Assembly: GCA_963720545.1 (NCBI GenBank)
Contig: OY970399.1
Location: 667,861-731,860 of the forward strand
DNA: 64,000 bases
Source: an uncultured Acidobacteriota bacterium
GTDB taxonomy: Bacteria; Acidobacteriota; Vicinamibacteria; Fen-336
Direction of reading: 5' to 3'
Under the pieces are notes generated by a model that made no database searches, had not been told where the DNA came from, and saw nothing but the letters and a program-made list of their open reading frames with translations. A program made the position numbers and the translations under genes. This document shows positions 38,875 to 48,713 of the stretch, piece by piece. Positions within the stretch are counted from its first letter, which is position 1, and each line of letters begins with the position of its first letter.

Positions 38875-38881
38875 CGCCGGC

Positions 38882-39985
38882 CTAGGGCGTGAGCCCGATC
38901 GGCGGCCGGCGCCAGAGTGACTTCACCGTGAAGGCGCGCGGTTCGCTTGGATAGCCGTCGAGGCCGCCGGCGCTGCAGGCGGTGACGCGCCAGTAGAAGG
39001 CGCCGACCGGCAGGCCTTCCGCGGTCCACTCGTTCTGCTTCAGCGCCGGGATGCGCGCCACGAGCCGGGAGCAGGCTGGGTCTTCGCACACCTCCATGAC
39101 GTAGGTGCCGGCGCCGGCCACGGTGCGCCACACGAAGCGCGGGTTCGCGTAATCGAACGCGGCGCCGTGCGACGGGATCGCCACCTCCGGCGCCGGCAGG
39201 AGCGCCTGTGGCGGCGCCGGCTTCCGGTTCTTCACGACCGACGTGCCCATTCCTTCCTGCACGGTGACCGAGCGGCCTCCCGAAGTCACTTCGCTTTGCC
39301 CCTTGAACACCATGAGCTGCGCGCGGCCGCCGGTTGGCTCGACGCGGGCCCGACTCCACCCGGTGCCGTCGGTGGCGCGGGTCGGGGCGACGTGCGCCGA
39401 ACCCACCACCACTTCGATGTCCGAGCGCGCCGCGCCGGCACCGGGGCGCGCGCTGCGCAGGCTCAGGTCGCCCTGCCCCTCGACGATCTCGATGCGGTTG
39501 CGGCTCACCCGCGCCACCGGCGCCGCGGCGTCGCGGACGAAGATCAGCGAGTCCTCGCCGACGGTGAGCTGCGAGCCGTCCTTGAACCCAAGCTGCGCGG
39601 ACGAGGCGCGATAGGTGCGCAGTCCGTCGCGGCGGCCCAGCGGGTCGCCGACGTGGGCCGCCGCCCAGACCGGTGCCGTGTGCGGGCGCGAGTCGACGCG
39701 CCGGGCGATCTCGTCGATCGTGGCGATGCCGGTGTTCTTCGGGATGGTGATGGATTGTCCTGGAAAAACGCGGTGCGGATCCTTGATGAACGAGTTGACC
39801 TTCCAGATCTCGGTCCAGGCTGCCGCTGATCCGAGGTAGCGCTCGGCGAGACTCTCGAGAGTGTCGCCCTCCTTGACCACGTAGCTCTCACCGGCAGCTG
39901 CAGCGTTTGGTTCCTGAGCGCCGAATGCAATTCGCGCGCCGAGTAGCGTCGCCACAAGCAATCCGGCATGTTTCATTCCGTTCAT
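38882..39985 (-). CDS. Secreted LysM + FecR-like + FN3-like protein
   Basis: ATGA overlap with kinase stop; signal peptide; LysM YVVKEGDTL..LA..YLG....W..IW..N..IKDPH.VFPGQ; FecR GD.L...D.LRT...SSAQLGFKDGS.L.VGEDS; FN3-like YWRVTA....GLDG.PS. Confidence 0.85.
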   Translation of the reverse strand: MNGMKHAGLLVATLLGARIAFGAQEPNAAAAGESYVVKEGDTLESLAERYLGSAAAWTEIWKVNSFIKDPHRVFPGQSITIPKNTGIATIDEIARRVDSRPHTAPVWAAAHVGDPLGRRDGLRTYRASSAQLGFKDGSQLTVGEDSLIFVRDAAAPVARVSRNRIEIVEGQGDLSLRSARPGAGAARSDIEVVVGSAHVAPTRATDGTGWSRARVEPTGGRAQLMVFKGQSEVTSGGRSVTVQEGMGTSVVKNRKPAPPQALLPAPEVAIPSHGAAFDYANPRFVWRTVAGAGTYVMEVCEDPACSRLVARIPALKQNEWTAEGLPVGAFYWRVTACSAGGLDGYPSEPRAFTVKSLWRRPPIGLTP

Positions 39986-41934
39986 TCTCCCGAGGGCTCC
40001 TGGCTGCGAACCGGTACTTCCATGCGAATGGTAGCCAGGTTCGCGCGATCCGCGCCCGGCCCGCTGGTTGGCAACGTGCTGGCCGTCCATTTCCAGCCAT
40101 GCACGCGGATGAGGCGCTCGAGGAGCAGAGCCGCATCCATCGCCGAGGGCACGCGGCGGCCGCGGTCCTTGTCCATCAGCTCCGCCACCAGCGCGTCGAG
40201 ATCAAGCGGCACCAGGTGATTGCGGCGCGACGGCGGCGCCACCTTGTCGTTGAGCGTGCTCATCAGGACGTCCTGCGACTCGCGGCCGGGGAACGGCATC
40301 TCACCGGTGAGGCACTGATAGAGGACCACGCCCACCGCGAACACATCGCCGCGCTCGTCCTGCCCCTCGCCGCGGATCGTCTCGGGCGCGAGATACCCGG
40401 GTGTGCCGAACACCAGATCGTTGACCTTGCGCGCGGAGGTGCGCAGGCTGGCGATGCCGAAGTCGGTGACCTTGATGCAGCCGTCGCGGCCGAGCAGGAC
40501 ATTGCCGGGCTTCATGTCGCGGTGGATGACGCCGTGCTCGTGCGCGCCGTGCAGGCCGCGGGCCACTGCGGCCATGATCGGCACCGCGTGCTCGGGTGGC
40601 ATCGTCGCGAGCGACGAGAGATGCTCGTCCAGGCTGCAGCCGTCGACGAACTCCATTGCCACGAAGGTGGCCTCGGGGATGTCCTCGACATCGTAGACGG
40701 CGACGATGTTCGGGTGGCTGAAGCGCGCCACCGTGACCGCCTCGTGCAGCAGGCTCGTCACCCGGTCGTTGCGATGCTTGTCGGCGTCGCCGATGCGGAT
40801 GGTCTTGAGCGCCACCATGCGCTGTAACTTGGGGTCGTAGCCGCGGAACACGGTGCCCATGCCGCCGTTGCCGACGACGCCCATCACCTGGTACCGGCCG
40901 AGGAACACGTCGCCGATGGCTTCGCGGTCGAGCGTCTGGCGCTCGAGCGCCGCGAACGACGCCTTCAACTGCTCGATTTCATTGCCTTTCTCCGTGGAAC
41001 GGCCGAGGCCGGCAAGGCGCCGCTGGCTCTTCGCCAGGTCGCGGATCGGGCGCACCACCGAACGGTAGGCGAAGGCAGACAGAATCACGGTGAGACCGAG
41101 CGCGACGGCGGCGGCGAGGAAGCCGTTGCGGCGCAAGTTGCGCTGCGTGGCTTCGGCGACCGCGCCCGGCTGCCTGGTCAGGACGAACCAGCGCGTGCCG
41201 GCAATCTGCGCCGAAGCGCCGAGCACGGCGCCGTCGTCCGTCGCAAAGCGGCGGGCGCCGCCCGCCCGGCCGCTGAGACCAGCCTGCACCAGGTCTGGCG
41301 GAAAGGACGAGAGCGACACCTTTGGGTCGGTGGCGAACAGGATGTCACGGTCCTGGCTCACCACCAGCACCGCGGCGTCGAGGCCGAGTTCGGGACTGTT
41401 CACCACGTCGCGCAGCTGCGCGCCGTTCACCACCAGGCGCAAGTGGCCGCCGTTTTCGGGCATCTCCGCCTTGATCCGCAGCCAGAACGCGTTGTTGACG
41501 TTCACCGGGACGATGTCGTCGTCCGATGGGTTGGCGAGCACCGTTTCCACGATGGCCGCGTATTCCTTGCGCTGCACGCGGTAGTGCTCGCCGCCGTGCG
41601 CGCTCGTCGCCTGGACGCCCACCACCGCGGGCTGCGCCTGCAGATAGCTCGCGACGATTTCGCGCGCCATGGGCTGGTCGAGGCCGGCGTAGATGTCGGG
41701 ATTCAGGGCCAGGGCGTGAGCCGATGCCTGGAGGCCATCGACGAACGCCGCTATCCGCTCGCTGGTGGTGCGCGCGGTGACCGCGTGCGTCTTCAGCACC
41801 TGGGTGCTGAAGGCATCGCTGTTGAGCGCGAGGAGGTAAGGAACGATCGCGAGCGGGATGAAGCCTACCGCCGCGAGGCCGAGGATGACCCGGGCGAGGA
41901 GACCCAGCCGCGGCAATCGCAAGGGCAGCTTCAA
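39982..41934 (-). CDS. Membrane Ser/Thr protein kinase with N-terminal periplasmic (Cache-like) sensor and HAMP-like linker
   Basis: Two TMs flanking a ~230-aa loop; VVRPIRDLA; GNGGMG, VALK, HRDMKPGN, DFG, GTPGYLAPE. Confidence 0.9.
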   Translation of the reverse strand: MKLPLRLPRLGLLARVILGLAAVGFIPLAIVPYLLALNSDAFSTQVLKTHAVTARTTSERIAAFVDGLQASAHALALNPDIYAGLDQPMAREIVASYLQAQPAVVGVQATSAHGGEHYRVQRKEYAAIVETVLANPSDDDIVPVNVNNAFWLRIKAEMPENGGHLRLVVNGAQLRDVVNSPELGLDAAVLVVSQDRDILFATDPKVSLSSFPPDLVQAGLSGRAGGARRFATDDGAVLGASAQIAGTRWFVLTRQPGAVAEATQRNLRRNGFLAAAVALGLTVILSAFAYRSVVRPIRDLAKSQRRLAGLGRSTEKGNEIEQLKASFAALERQTLDREAIGDVFLGRYQVMGVVGNGGMGTVFRGYDPKLQRMVALKTIRIGDADKHRNDRVTSLLHEAVTVARFSHPNIVAVYDVEDIPEATFVAMEFVDGCSLDEHLSSLATMPPEHAVPIMAAVARGLHGAHEHGVIHRDMKPGNVLLGRDGCIKVTDFGIASLRTSARKVNDLVFGTPGYLAPETIRGEGQDERGDVFAVGVVLYQCLTGEMPFPGRESQDVLMSTLNDKVAPPSRRNHLVPLDLDALVAELMDKDRGRRVPSAMDAALLLERLIRVHGWKWTASTLPTSGPGADRANLATIRMEVPVRSQEPSGE

Positions 41935-41995
41935 GGCGGCTCAGGGTAGCACTAAGCTTGCGGATCGAAAATGGCCGCGGCGGGTCCGCGCCCTT

Positions 41996-43423
41996 CTAGC
42001 CGGACGGCGTGCGCCGCGCGAGTTCGTCGATGCGGCGGATGCCTTCGAAGAGGATGTGCTCGAAGCCGGCGAACACCGAGCGGGTCGGCGGGACGACGCC
42101 GTTGTCGAAGCGGAAGCGGCCGCTGTCCCAGGAGAGAAACTCGTAGACAGCGTCGACGCCGCTCTCGCCACGCGAGGCGGCGTCGACGATCTCGCCCTTG
42201 TCGAAATGGATGCGCGCCTCGCCGTCGTCGCCGCGCACGTTGAGGACGCCGCTGAGCCGCGTCAGGTTGCACATCTGCAACAGGCCCGCGGGCCCGAGGA
42301 TGGCCAGGCGGCCCTCGATGTTGCCCGAGCCGGAGGCGTCGTTGGCAAAGGTGGTATAGCGGCTCAGCATCATCACCACGCGGGTGATCACCTCGCGCGC
42401 CGGCGAGAGCTTGGAGAGGTAGTCGTCGGCGCCGGCGTCGAGGCCGCGGATGCGGGTGCGCACGTCGTCCCAGCCCGAGAGCAGCACCACCGGGATGGCG
42501 CTCAGCAGCGTGTGGCGGCGCAGCGCGTGGCACAGGTCGAAGCCGTCGAGCCGCGGCATGTCGACGTCGCTCAAGATCAGCCATGGCCGGCTCTCGATCG
42601 CCTGGTCGATGGCATCCTGGCCGTCGGCTGCCTCGTACACCTCGAAGCCGGCATTGCGCAACAGGCTTGCCAGGTAGAAGCGGAAGGCGTTGTCGTCCTC
42701 GGCTATCAGCACCTTGCGGAACACCGGCGGGATGTCGCTCGCGTCCACCGGCTTCTCGAAGGTGCCGGAGAGGTCGGGCGCGGCCGGTTCCATGACCTGC
42801 GCGCGCAGCGGGTTCATCTCCTCGAACTTCGCCTCTGTGGGCCGCTCGATCGTCTGGCTCACGGTCTCGGGCGTCGTCCGGCCGGCGTTCACCAGCGTGC
42901 GCACCTCGCCGGTCTCGCCGCGCAGCGTTAGGAAGCCGGTGCGCACGTCGTCCCTGATGTTGCGCAGCAGCGACGCCGCCGCCTCGACGCCGCGCGCGCC
43001 GACGACGCCGGAACGCGTGGGCAGCTCGCGGAGGATGCGATCGATTGCGTCGACGAGCACCCTGGCGCGCAGCGGCTTCTCGAGGTAGTCGACGACGCCG
43101 AAGCGGAAGGCGCGCACCTTGTGGGTTTCGTCGAGCGAGCCGGTTATGAAGATCACCGGCAGGTGCGCCGTCTGCGGATCGGCCTGCAGCTGCGCCAGCA
43201 CCTCGAAGCCATCCATGGAAGGCATGGCGATGTCGCAGAGGATCAGGTCGGGCTGCGAAGCGAGCGCCATCTGCCGCGCCTGCGCCGGGTCGAGCGTGAC
43301 GAGCACGTCGTAGCCGTGGCTCGAGAGCGACGCGCTCAGAGCGCGGCACAGCCGCTCGTCGTCGTCCACCACTTGAATCGTGGTCCTGGGCGCGGTGCCC
43401 GCGCTGTCACTGGTCATAGCCAC
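41996..43423 (-). CDS. Dual-receiver response regulator with DUF4388 (PATAN-like) domain(s)
   Basis: REC1 VVDDD/LCDIAMP/KP; REC2 IAEDD/LSDVDMP; C-terminal IEGRL....PAGLLQ.....RLSGVL.V......IHFDKGEIVDA. Confidence 0.88.
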   Translation of the reverse strand: MAMTSDSAGTAPRTTIQVVDDDERLCRALSASLSSHGYDVLVTLDPAQARQMALASQPDLILCDIAMPSMDGFEVLAQLQADPQTAHLPVIFITGSLDETHKVRAFRFGVVDYLEKPLRARVLVDAIDRILRELPTRSGVVGARGVEAAASLLRNIRDDVRTGFLTLRGETGEVRTLVNAGRTTPETVSQTIERPTEAKFEEMNPLRAQVMEPAAPDLSGTFEKPVDASDIPPVFRKVLIAEDDNAFRFYLASLLRNAGFEVYEAADGQDAIDQAIESRPWLILSDVDMPRLDGFDLCHALRRHTLLSAIPVVLLSGWDDVRTRIRGLDAGADDYLSKLSPAREVITRVVMMLSRYTTFANDASGSGNIEGRLAILGPAGLLQMCNLTRLSGVLNVRGDDGEARIHFDKGEIVDAASRGESGVDAVYEFLSWDSGRFRFDNGVVPPTRSVFAGFEHILFEGIRRIDELARRTPSG

Positions 43424-43569
43424 CGGCCAACCGCATTATGAGGGCTCCGGGACCGGGTGCAACCTGGGGGTGTGACGCAGGGCGTTTCTGCCACACTGCG
43501 TGCGCTGATCAAGGCGGCATGGTCGCGGTTCGTCGCGGTCAGCGGCGGCAGCAACAACACCGCGCGCGG

Positions 43570-44883
43570 CTAGCGCACGCGCGCGCCGCGCGCGTACACC
43601 TGCTCGATCGAGCGTGTGTTACGGATGTCGTGCAGCGGGTCCCTGGCGAGCACCACCAGGTCGGCGCGCTTCCCCGCCGCGACCGTCCCGAACTCGGCGC
43701 TCCGCTGCAATGCCGCGGCGGCGTTGCTGGTGGCGCAGCGGATCACCTCGGCGGGAGGGATAGAGGCGTCGGCCAGCAGCGCCATCTCGTCGTGCAGGCT
43801 CCACCCCGGCACGATCCACGGCGTCGGCGTGTCGGTGCCGGCCGTGAGGCGGATCCCCGCGGTGAACAGCCGCTGCGTCCAGCGCAGCAGCTTTGGCCAG
43901 GCGGCCTGCGCCTTCTTGTACTGGGCCGCCGTCCAGTCCGCCGTAAAACTGCCCTTCGGCCACCCCAGGCGATAGATGGTCGGTGCGCGGGCGATGTCCG
44001 GCCCCCTGGGCGCGGCATCGCCGAAGAACTTCGTCCACATGGCGATGAGTGTGGGATCGACCGTAACGTCGTGCTCGTGTAGCGCGGCCAGCATCGCCCG
44101 CACTTCGGCGCCGCCGAGGTCTACGTTCTCGACCCACGCGACACGCTCGAACATGCTGCCGCGATAAGAGGCGCGCATGGCGGCCGGCAGGTATTCGGCC
44201 GACCACGGCGCCGCATGCTCGAGCGTGTCTATGCCAAGCTCGGCCGCCTCGGTCCACGTGGTCCGCTGCAAGTGGCCGATGACCGGCAACTTTGCCTTGC
44301 GCGCCTCGTCAACCACGGCGCCGACGAGCGCCGGCGGCGTGCTGGAGTAGACCTTGACGGCGTCAACGCCAAGGGCCGCCTGCCAACGCACTTCACGGCG
44401 CGCTTCGTCTTCACTGTGCACCGGCAGGAACGGCTCGGGATCGAAGTCGCTCGCGTTGATGATCCGCCCGGCTGTGAACAGCCGCGGGCCGCGGACCTCG
44501 CCGCGCGCGAGCGCCGCCCGCCAGGTGACGGCGGCCTCGGTCTCCGATCCCGGGTCGCGGATGGTCGTGACGCCGGCGTCGAGCAGCATGCCGAGCATCT
44601 CGACCACACCCTGCCGGTCCCAGCGCGGCCGGATGTTGCCCGCTTCGTCCCACGGATGGTTGAGGACGTGGACGTGCATGTCCACGAATCCCGGAGTGAC
44701 GAACCGTCCGGCGAGCGGCACGACCTGCGCGCCGCCAGCCGGCAAGGAGCCGGTGCGTCCGACAGCAGCGATCCGCTCTCCTTCTATAAGGATGTCGCTG
44801 TGCGGCACCGCAGGGCTGCCGGTGCCGTCGATGACCGTGACGTCCTGCAGGAGTACCGCAGCCAGGAACGTCGCGGTTAACAA
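43570..44883 (-). CDS. Amidohydrolase family protein
   Basis: TPGFVDMHVH, GVTTIRD, VIGH, LEH, AGTD, AT.NAA..L, G.V..GKRADLVVL..DPL. Confidence 0.9.
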   Translation of the reverse strand: MLTATFLAAVLLQDVTVIDGTGSPAVPHSDILIEGERIAAVGRTGSLPAGGAQVVPLAGRFVTPGFVDMHVHVLNHPWDEAGNIRPRWDRQGVVEMLGMLLDAGVTTIRDPGSETEAAVTWRAALARGEVRGPRLFTAGRIINASDFDPEPFLPVHSEDEARREVRWQAALGVDAVKVYSSTPPALVGAVVDEARKAKLPVIGHLQRTTWTEAAELGIDTLEHAAPWSAEYLPAAMRASYRGSMFERVAWVENVDLGGAEVRAMLAALHEHDVTVDPTLIAMWTKFFGDAAPRGPDIARAPTIYRLGWPKGSFTADWTAAQYKKAQAAWPKLLRWTQRLFTAGIRLTAGTDTPTPWIVPGWSLHDEMALLADASIPPAEVIRCATSNAAAALQRSAEFGTVAAGKRADLVVLARDPLHDIRNTRSIEQVYARGARVR

Positions 44884-44896
44884 CGGGACTGCCTGC

Positions 44897-45049
44897 CTAC
44901 AACCGTCCTGTAAGCAGCAGGACGATGAGTATCAAGAGCACCAGGCCGGTAAGGCCGCTCGGCCCGTAACCCCAGCTGCGGCTATGCGGCCAGGCGGGCA
45001 GGACTCCCAGGAAGGCCAGCACGAGGATGACCACGAGGATCGTCAGCAT
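44897..45049 (-). CDS. DUF3309 family small membrane protein
   Basis: Not in ORF track. MLTILVVILVLAFLGVLPAWPHSRSWGYGPSGLTGLVLLILIVLLLTGRL; SD AGGAG. Confidence 0.88.
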   Translation of the reverse strand: MLTILVVILVLAFLGVLPAWPHSRSWGYGPSGLTGLVLLILIVLLLTGRL

Positions 45050-45098
45050 GTTCGGCTCCTAACTTGAGTGTAGAGAGACTAGACCTAAACGCAGGCGC

Positions 45099-45692
45099 TT
45101 ACAGCATCTCCGCGCGCGCGTTCTTCGCGCGTGCGGCGCCGATCGCCGTCTTCACTTCCTTCTCCTCCTCGGGTGGAGGCAGCACCGCGGGCATACCCAG
45201 CGACTTGATCCACAGCTCGCGGGTCCAGCCGGTGGTGTGGTACAGGTGCTCGTCTTCCTGCTCTTCCACTTCTTCGTGCGCCGCCTTCAGGGCCTTCCCT
45301 TCCTCGCCCGTGACCTTCTTGGCGCATTCGCCAATCAGCTCCCAGTTGAGGTGGTCCTTGGTCTCGGCTTCGACGACGCATTCGGCAGCGACGATCTGTG
45401 CCGCTTCGGGATTGCCGGCCGCGAGCGCCATCTCCATGGCTTTCACCAGCGAGCTGCCGATATGGCCCACGACCTTGCGGCCGGGAGTCTGCTTCGCCGG
45501 GTTCAGGCCGAAGGTCTCGAAGACGCCAAGCAGGATGCGCTCGTGGTTGCGCGTCTCGCCGAGGTACTTTTCCCACTCTTCCTTGAGCTCGTCGTTCTGT
45601 GCGCACTTCAGTGCTGTCTGATAGACCTTGATCCCGCCCTGCTCGGTCTCGAGCGCCTGGTAGAGCAACTCGTTCAATTGATCCTTGTTCAT
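45099..45692 (-). CDS. Ferritin-like (DUF892-like) stress protein
   Basis: ALETE.GG..VY, ETRNHE, EAETKDH.NW, EEQEDEHLYH four-helix ligand pattern. Confidence 0.88.
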   Translation of the reverse strand: MNKDQLNELLYQALETEQGGIKVYQTALKCAQNDELKEEWEKYLGETRNHERILLGVFETFGLNPAKQTPGRKVVGHIGSSLVKAMEMALAAGNPEAAQIVAAECVVEAETKDHLNWELIGECAKKVTGEEGKALKAAHEEVEEQEDEHLYHTTGWTRELWIKSLGMPAVLPPPEEEKEVKTAIGAARAKNARAEML

Positions 45693-45755
45693 GAAGTCTT
45701 TTCCTCGCCCTTTGATGGCCCGCTGTATGGGGACCGATAGCTGGCGCTGTCCAGT

Positions 45756-45771
45756 TGCAAGCGATGTGCCG
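45756..45771 (-). promoter_or_regulatory. Putative sigma54 promoter of the ferritin-like gene
   Basis: CGGCAC-ATCGC-TTGCA. Confidence 0.65.
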
Positions 45772-45906
45772 CTGACAATTCCGCTCTTCCAAGTAGCGTT
45801 TGACGCGAGAAGGCAAGGAAAACACCGACTTTGTACAAACCGCCGCTGTTACAAGTCTCGAGCGTTGCGAATGCTGCGCCGGGTGAAGGGCCCGCCCCCA
45901 GCGCAA

Positions 45907-45922
45907 TGGCATTCGAGTTGCA
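45907..45922 (+). promoter_or_regulatory. Putative sigma54 promoter of the SRPBCC/dehydrogenase operon
   Basis: TGGCAT-TCGAG-TTGCA 23 nt before ATG 45946. Confidence 0.65.
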
Positions 45923-45945
45923 GGCTCGCAACCCGGGCATCCGAC

Positions 45946-46484
45946 ATGAACACCGTGAGGAAGAGCGTGACGGTCCTGAGTTCCGCGCGCGGACGTGTAC
46001 GCGTTCTGGCGAGACTTCGAGAACCTTCCCCGTTTCATGAAGCATCTGAAGAGCGTCACCGCGTTGAGCGACGGCCGCTCACATTGGGTGATGAATGGGC
46101 CCGCCGGAACTGACGTCGAGTGGGACGCGGAACTCGTGGCCGATCGGTCAGCGGAACTCGTCTCGTGGCGCACCGTAAGCGACGGCGAGAGGATCGCGAG
46201 CCACTCCGGCAGCGTTCGCTTCGTGGACGCGCCGGGCGACCGTGGCACGGAGGTACACGTGGAGTTGCGCTACGAGATCGCCGGCGGCGGCGTTGCCGCA
46301 GCCGTGGCGAAGCTCTTCGGCGAGGAGCCGGGCCAGAAGATCACGCGACGACCTTCGCCGTTTCAAGCAGGTCGTAGAAACCGGCGAGGTGGTCCTCTCG
46401 GACGGCAGCCTGGAAGGAGCCGGACAGGGCGCTAACGAACCAGCGAGCCGCACAGTCGCCTGCGCCGGTGAGCCGGTCCGATGA
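45946..46484 (+). pseudogene. SRPBCC/cyclase family protein with two frameshifts (or sequencing errors)
   Basis: MNTVRKSVTV | YAFWRDFENLPRFMKHL...VEWDAE...GSVRF..APG.RGTEV | [14 protein letters not shown] split over frames. Confidence 0.8.
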
Positions 46485-47664
46485 AGGCCGTGTGCTGGAC
46501 CGGCAAGCAAAGCAGTCGAGGTCCGACGACGTGCCGGACCCGTCGATCCTGAATCACCGCGATGCGATCGTTCGCGTCACCTCGACCGCCATCTGTGGCT
46601 CCGACCTGCACCTCTACAACGGCGTCATTCCCACGATGAAGAAGGGCGACGTGCTCGGCCACGAGTTCATGGGCGAGGTGATGGAGGTCGGCCGCGGCGT
46701 CAAGAACCTCAAGGTCGGCGACCGCGTCGTCGTTCCCTTCACCATCGCCTGCGGCAACTGCTGGCAGTGCCGCCACGACAACTGGTCCCTGTGCGAGAAC
46801 TCGAACCCGAACGCGGCGCTTGCCGAGGAGCTGATGGGCCATTCCGCGTCAGGTGCGTTCGGCTATTCGCATCTGACGGGCGGATTCGCTGGCGGTCAGG
46901 CGGAATACGTGCGGGTGCCGTTCGCGGACATAGGCCCGTTCAACATCGAGAACGGGCTCGCCGACGAGCAGGTGCTCTTCCTCTCGGACATCCTGCCGAC
47001 GGGTTACATGGGCGCTGAGATGTGCGGCATCGAGCCTGGCGACACGATCGCGGTCTGGGGCTGTGGCCCGGTCGGCCTGTTCGCGATCAAGAGCGCCTAC
47101 CTGCTCGGGGCTGCCCGGGTCATCGCCATCGATCGATACGGGTACAGGCTCGACATGGCTCGCGACCTGTGTGGCGCCGACCACGATCAACTACGACGAG
47201 GTCGACAGCGTCCTCGAGGCGCTCGAGCGACCTGACCGGCGGGCCGCGGACCGGATGCCTGCATCGACGCTGTGGGCCTGGAGGCGCACGGCCACGGGCT
47301 CGAATACCTCGTACGACCGCGCCAAGCAGGCGCGTGATGCTCGAGTCCGATCGGCCAATTGCGTTGCGCCAGGCGCATGCTGGCTTGCCGCAACGGCGGC
47401 ACGGTTTCCGTGATCGGCGTCTACGGCGGCCTCGTGGACAAGTTCCCGCTCGGCACCATCATGAACCGCTCGCTGACGATCAAGAGCGGCCAGTGCCATG
47501 TACACCGCTATATGCGGCCGCTGCTCGAGCGCATCGAGAAAGGCGAAATCGATCCAGGCATGGTCATCACTCATCGCCTGCCGTTGTCACAGGCAGCAGA
47601 CGGCTATCGGATGTTCCTGAACAAGGAAGACGGCTGCGAAAAGGTCGTCCTGCACATGGACTGA
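46481..47664 (+). pseudogene. Zinc-dependent alcohol dehydrogenase (FdhA/YbdR-like), multiply frameshifted
   Basis: MKAVCW | [21 protein letters not shown]......[22 protein letters not shown] | CIDAVG.EAHG | GQCHV, ITH, KVVL. Confidence 0.88.
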
Positions 47665-47677
47665 GGTCCGGGCCGCC

Positions 47678-48260
47678 CTACTGCTTCCGTGGCGCGCTGG
47701 GTCGGCGGAACGTGAGCTGCGCCGATGGCGCGACGTTGGCCTTGAGCACGACGGCTAACTGCTGCAGCGCATGATCGTTCTCGGCCGGTGTGTTCGAGAC
47801 GATGCAGTCCGGGGGCGCGAAGATCCTGAGTTCGCGCATGTAGGCGTCGTTGGCGGTGAACAGCACGCAGATGTTGCCCGCGATGCCCGTCAGGATGCAC
47901 CCGCCGGATCCGCAGCGTCTTCGAGCAACGTGTCGAGCGTCGTATCGAAGAAGCCGGAGTGCTTTGGCTTGAGAACGAAGTAGTCGCGCGCCGTCGGGCT
48001 CAAGCGCTGTGATACCCGCCGGCCCGGCGAGGAGCGTGCGGTGCAATGGGCTACGGTCTGCCGGAAATCGGAGCGCCACTGCCCGAAGTTGTCGTTGATG
48101 TAGATGCAGGGAACGTCCGGCGGCAGCGGCGCGCCGCTTGAACGCAGCGAGCTTCATCGCCATCGACTCGGCCTGCGCGACGAGCGCTTCGGAGCCCTCG
48201 AACGCCAGGTCGTTGATGACGTCGATCAGCAGCAGCGCGGTGCCGGCAGGCGGGACGACC
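47678..48260 (-). pseudogene. Isochorismatase-family cysteine hydrolase, frameshifted
   Basis: ALLLIDVINDL.F, IYINDNFGQWRSDF, FVLKPKHSGFF, ILTGIAGNICVLFTANDAYMR in different frames; no clear start. Confidence 0.78.
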
Positions 48261-48267
48261 TAACGGG

Positions 48268-48705
48268 TCAACGGACCACGCTGACGCGCCCATCGGTTTC
48301 GACCCTGGCGAGCTTGACGTCCGCCTGCTCGGCGTCGGCCAGCCGCAGTTCGGCGGCCACTTCCGCCTCGCTCATCCGTTCCCGATACAGGCCGGCCCTC
48401 ACGAGCGCGCCGTCCCTCACGATCACCGTCGGCTGGCCCTCCAGGATCGCTCCGACACGCGGGTAGCGGCAGGTGAGCCAGGAGTTGGCGTAGTGCAGGC
48501 CGGCAATCGTCGTTACCGCCAGTGACCCACGCAGCAACGACACCTCGCCGAACACCGTGTCTCCGGCAAGATCGCCGATGACCAGGGCGACCAGCATGTC
48601 GAATGCGGAAAGGTTGCCGATGGTCCGCTTGCCCAGGACCCTGATCGTGATCAGGAACAGCACGTAGATGACTGCTGCCCGCCCCGCGGTTTCCGCCAGA
48701 CCCAT
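48268..48705 (-). CDS. DUF421 (YetF-like) membrane protein
   Basis: RVLGKRTIGNLSAFD.L..L.IG; EGQPTVIVRDG; A.VETDG.VSV. Confidence 0.88.
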   Translation of the reverse strand: MGLAETAGRAAVIYVLFLITIRVLGKRTIGNLSAFDMLVALVIGDLAGDTVFGEVSLLRGSLAVTTIAGLHYANSWLTCRYPRVGAILEGQPTVIVRDGALVRAGLYRERMSEAEVAAELRLADAEQADVKLARVETDGRVSVVR

Positions 48706-48713
48706 ACAGCTCC

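Noticed and set aside
32485-45692. The two oppositely oriented ferritin-like genes as ends of an invertible segment
   Set aside because: Too diverged to be recombination repeats and no recombinase nearby
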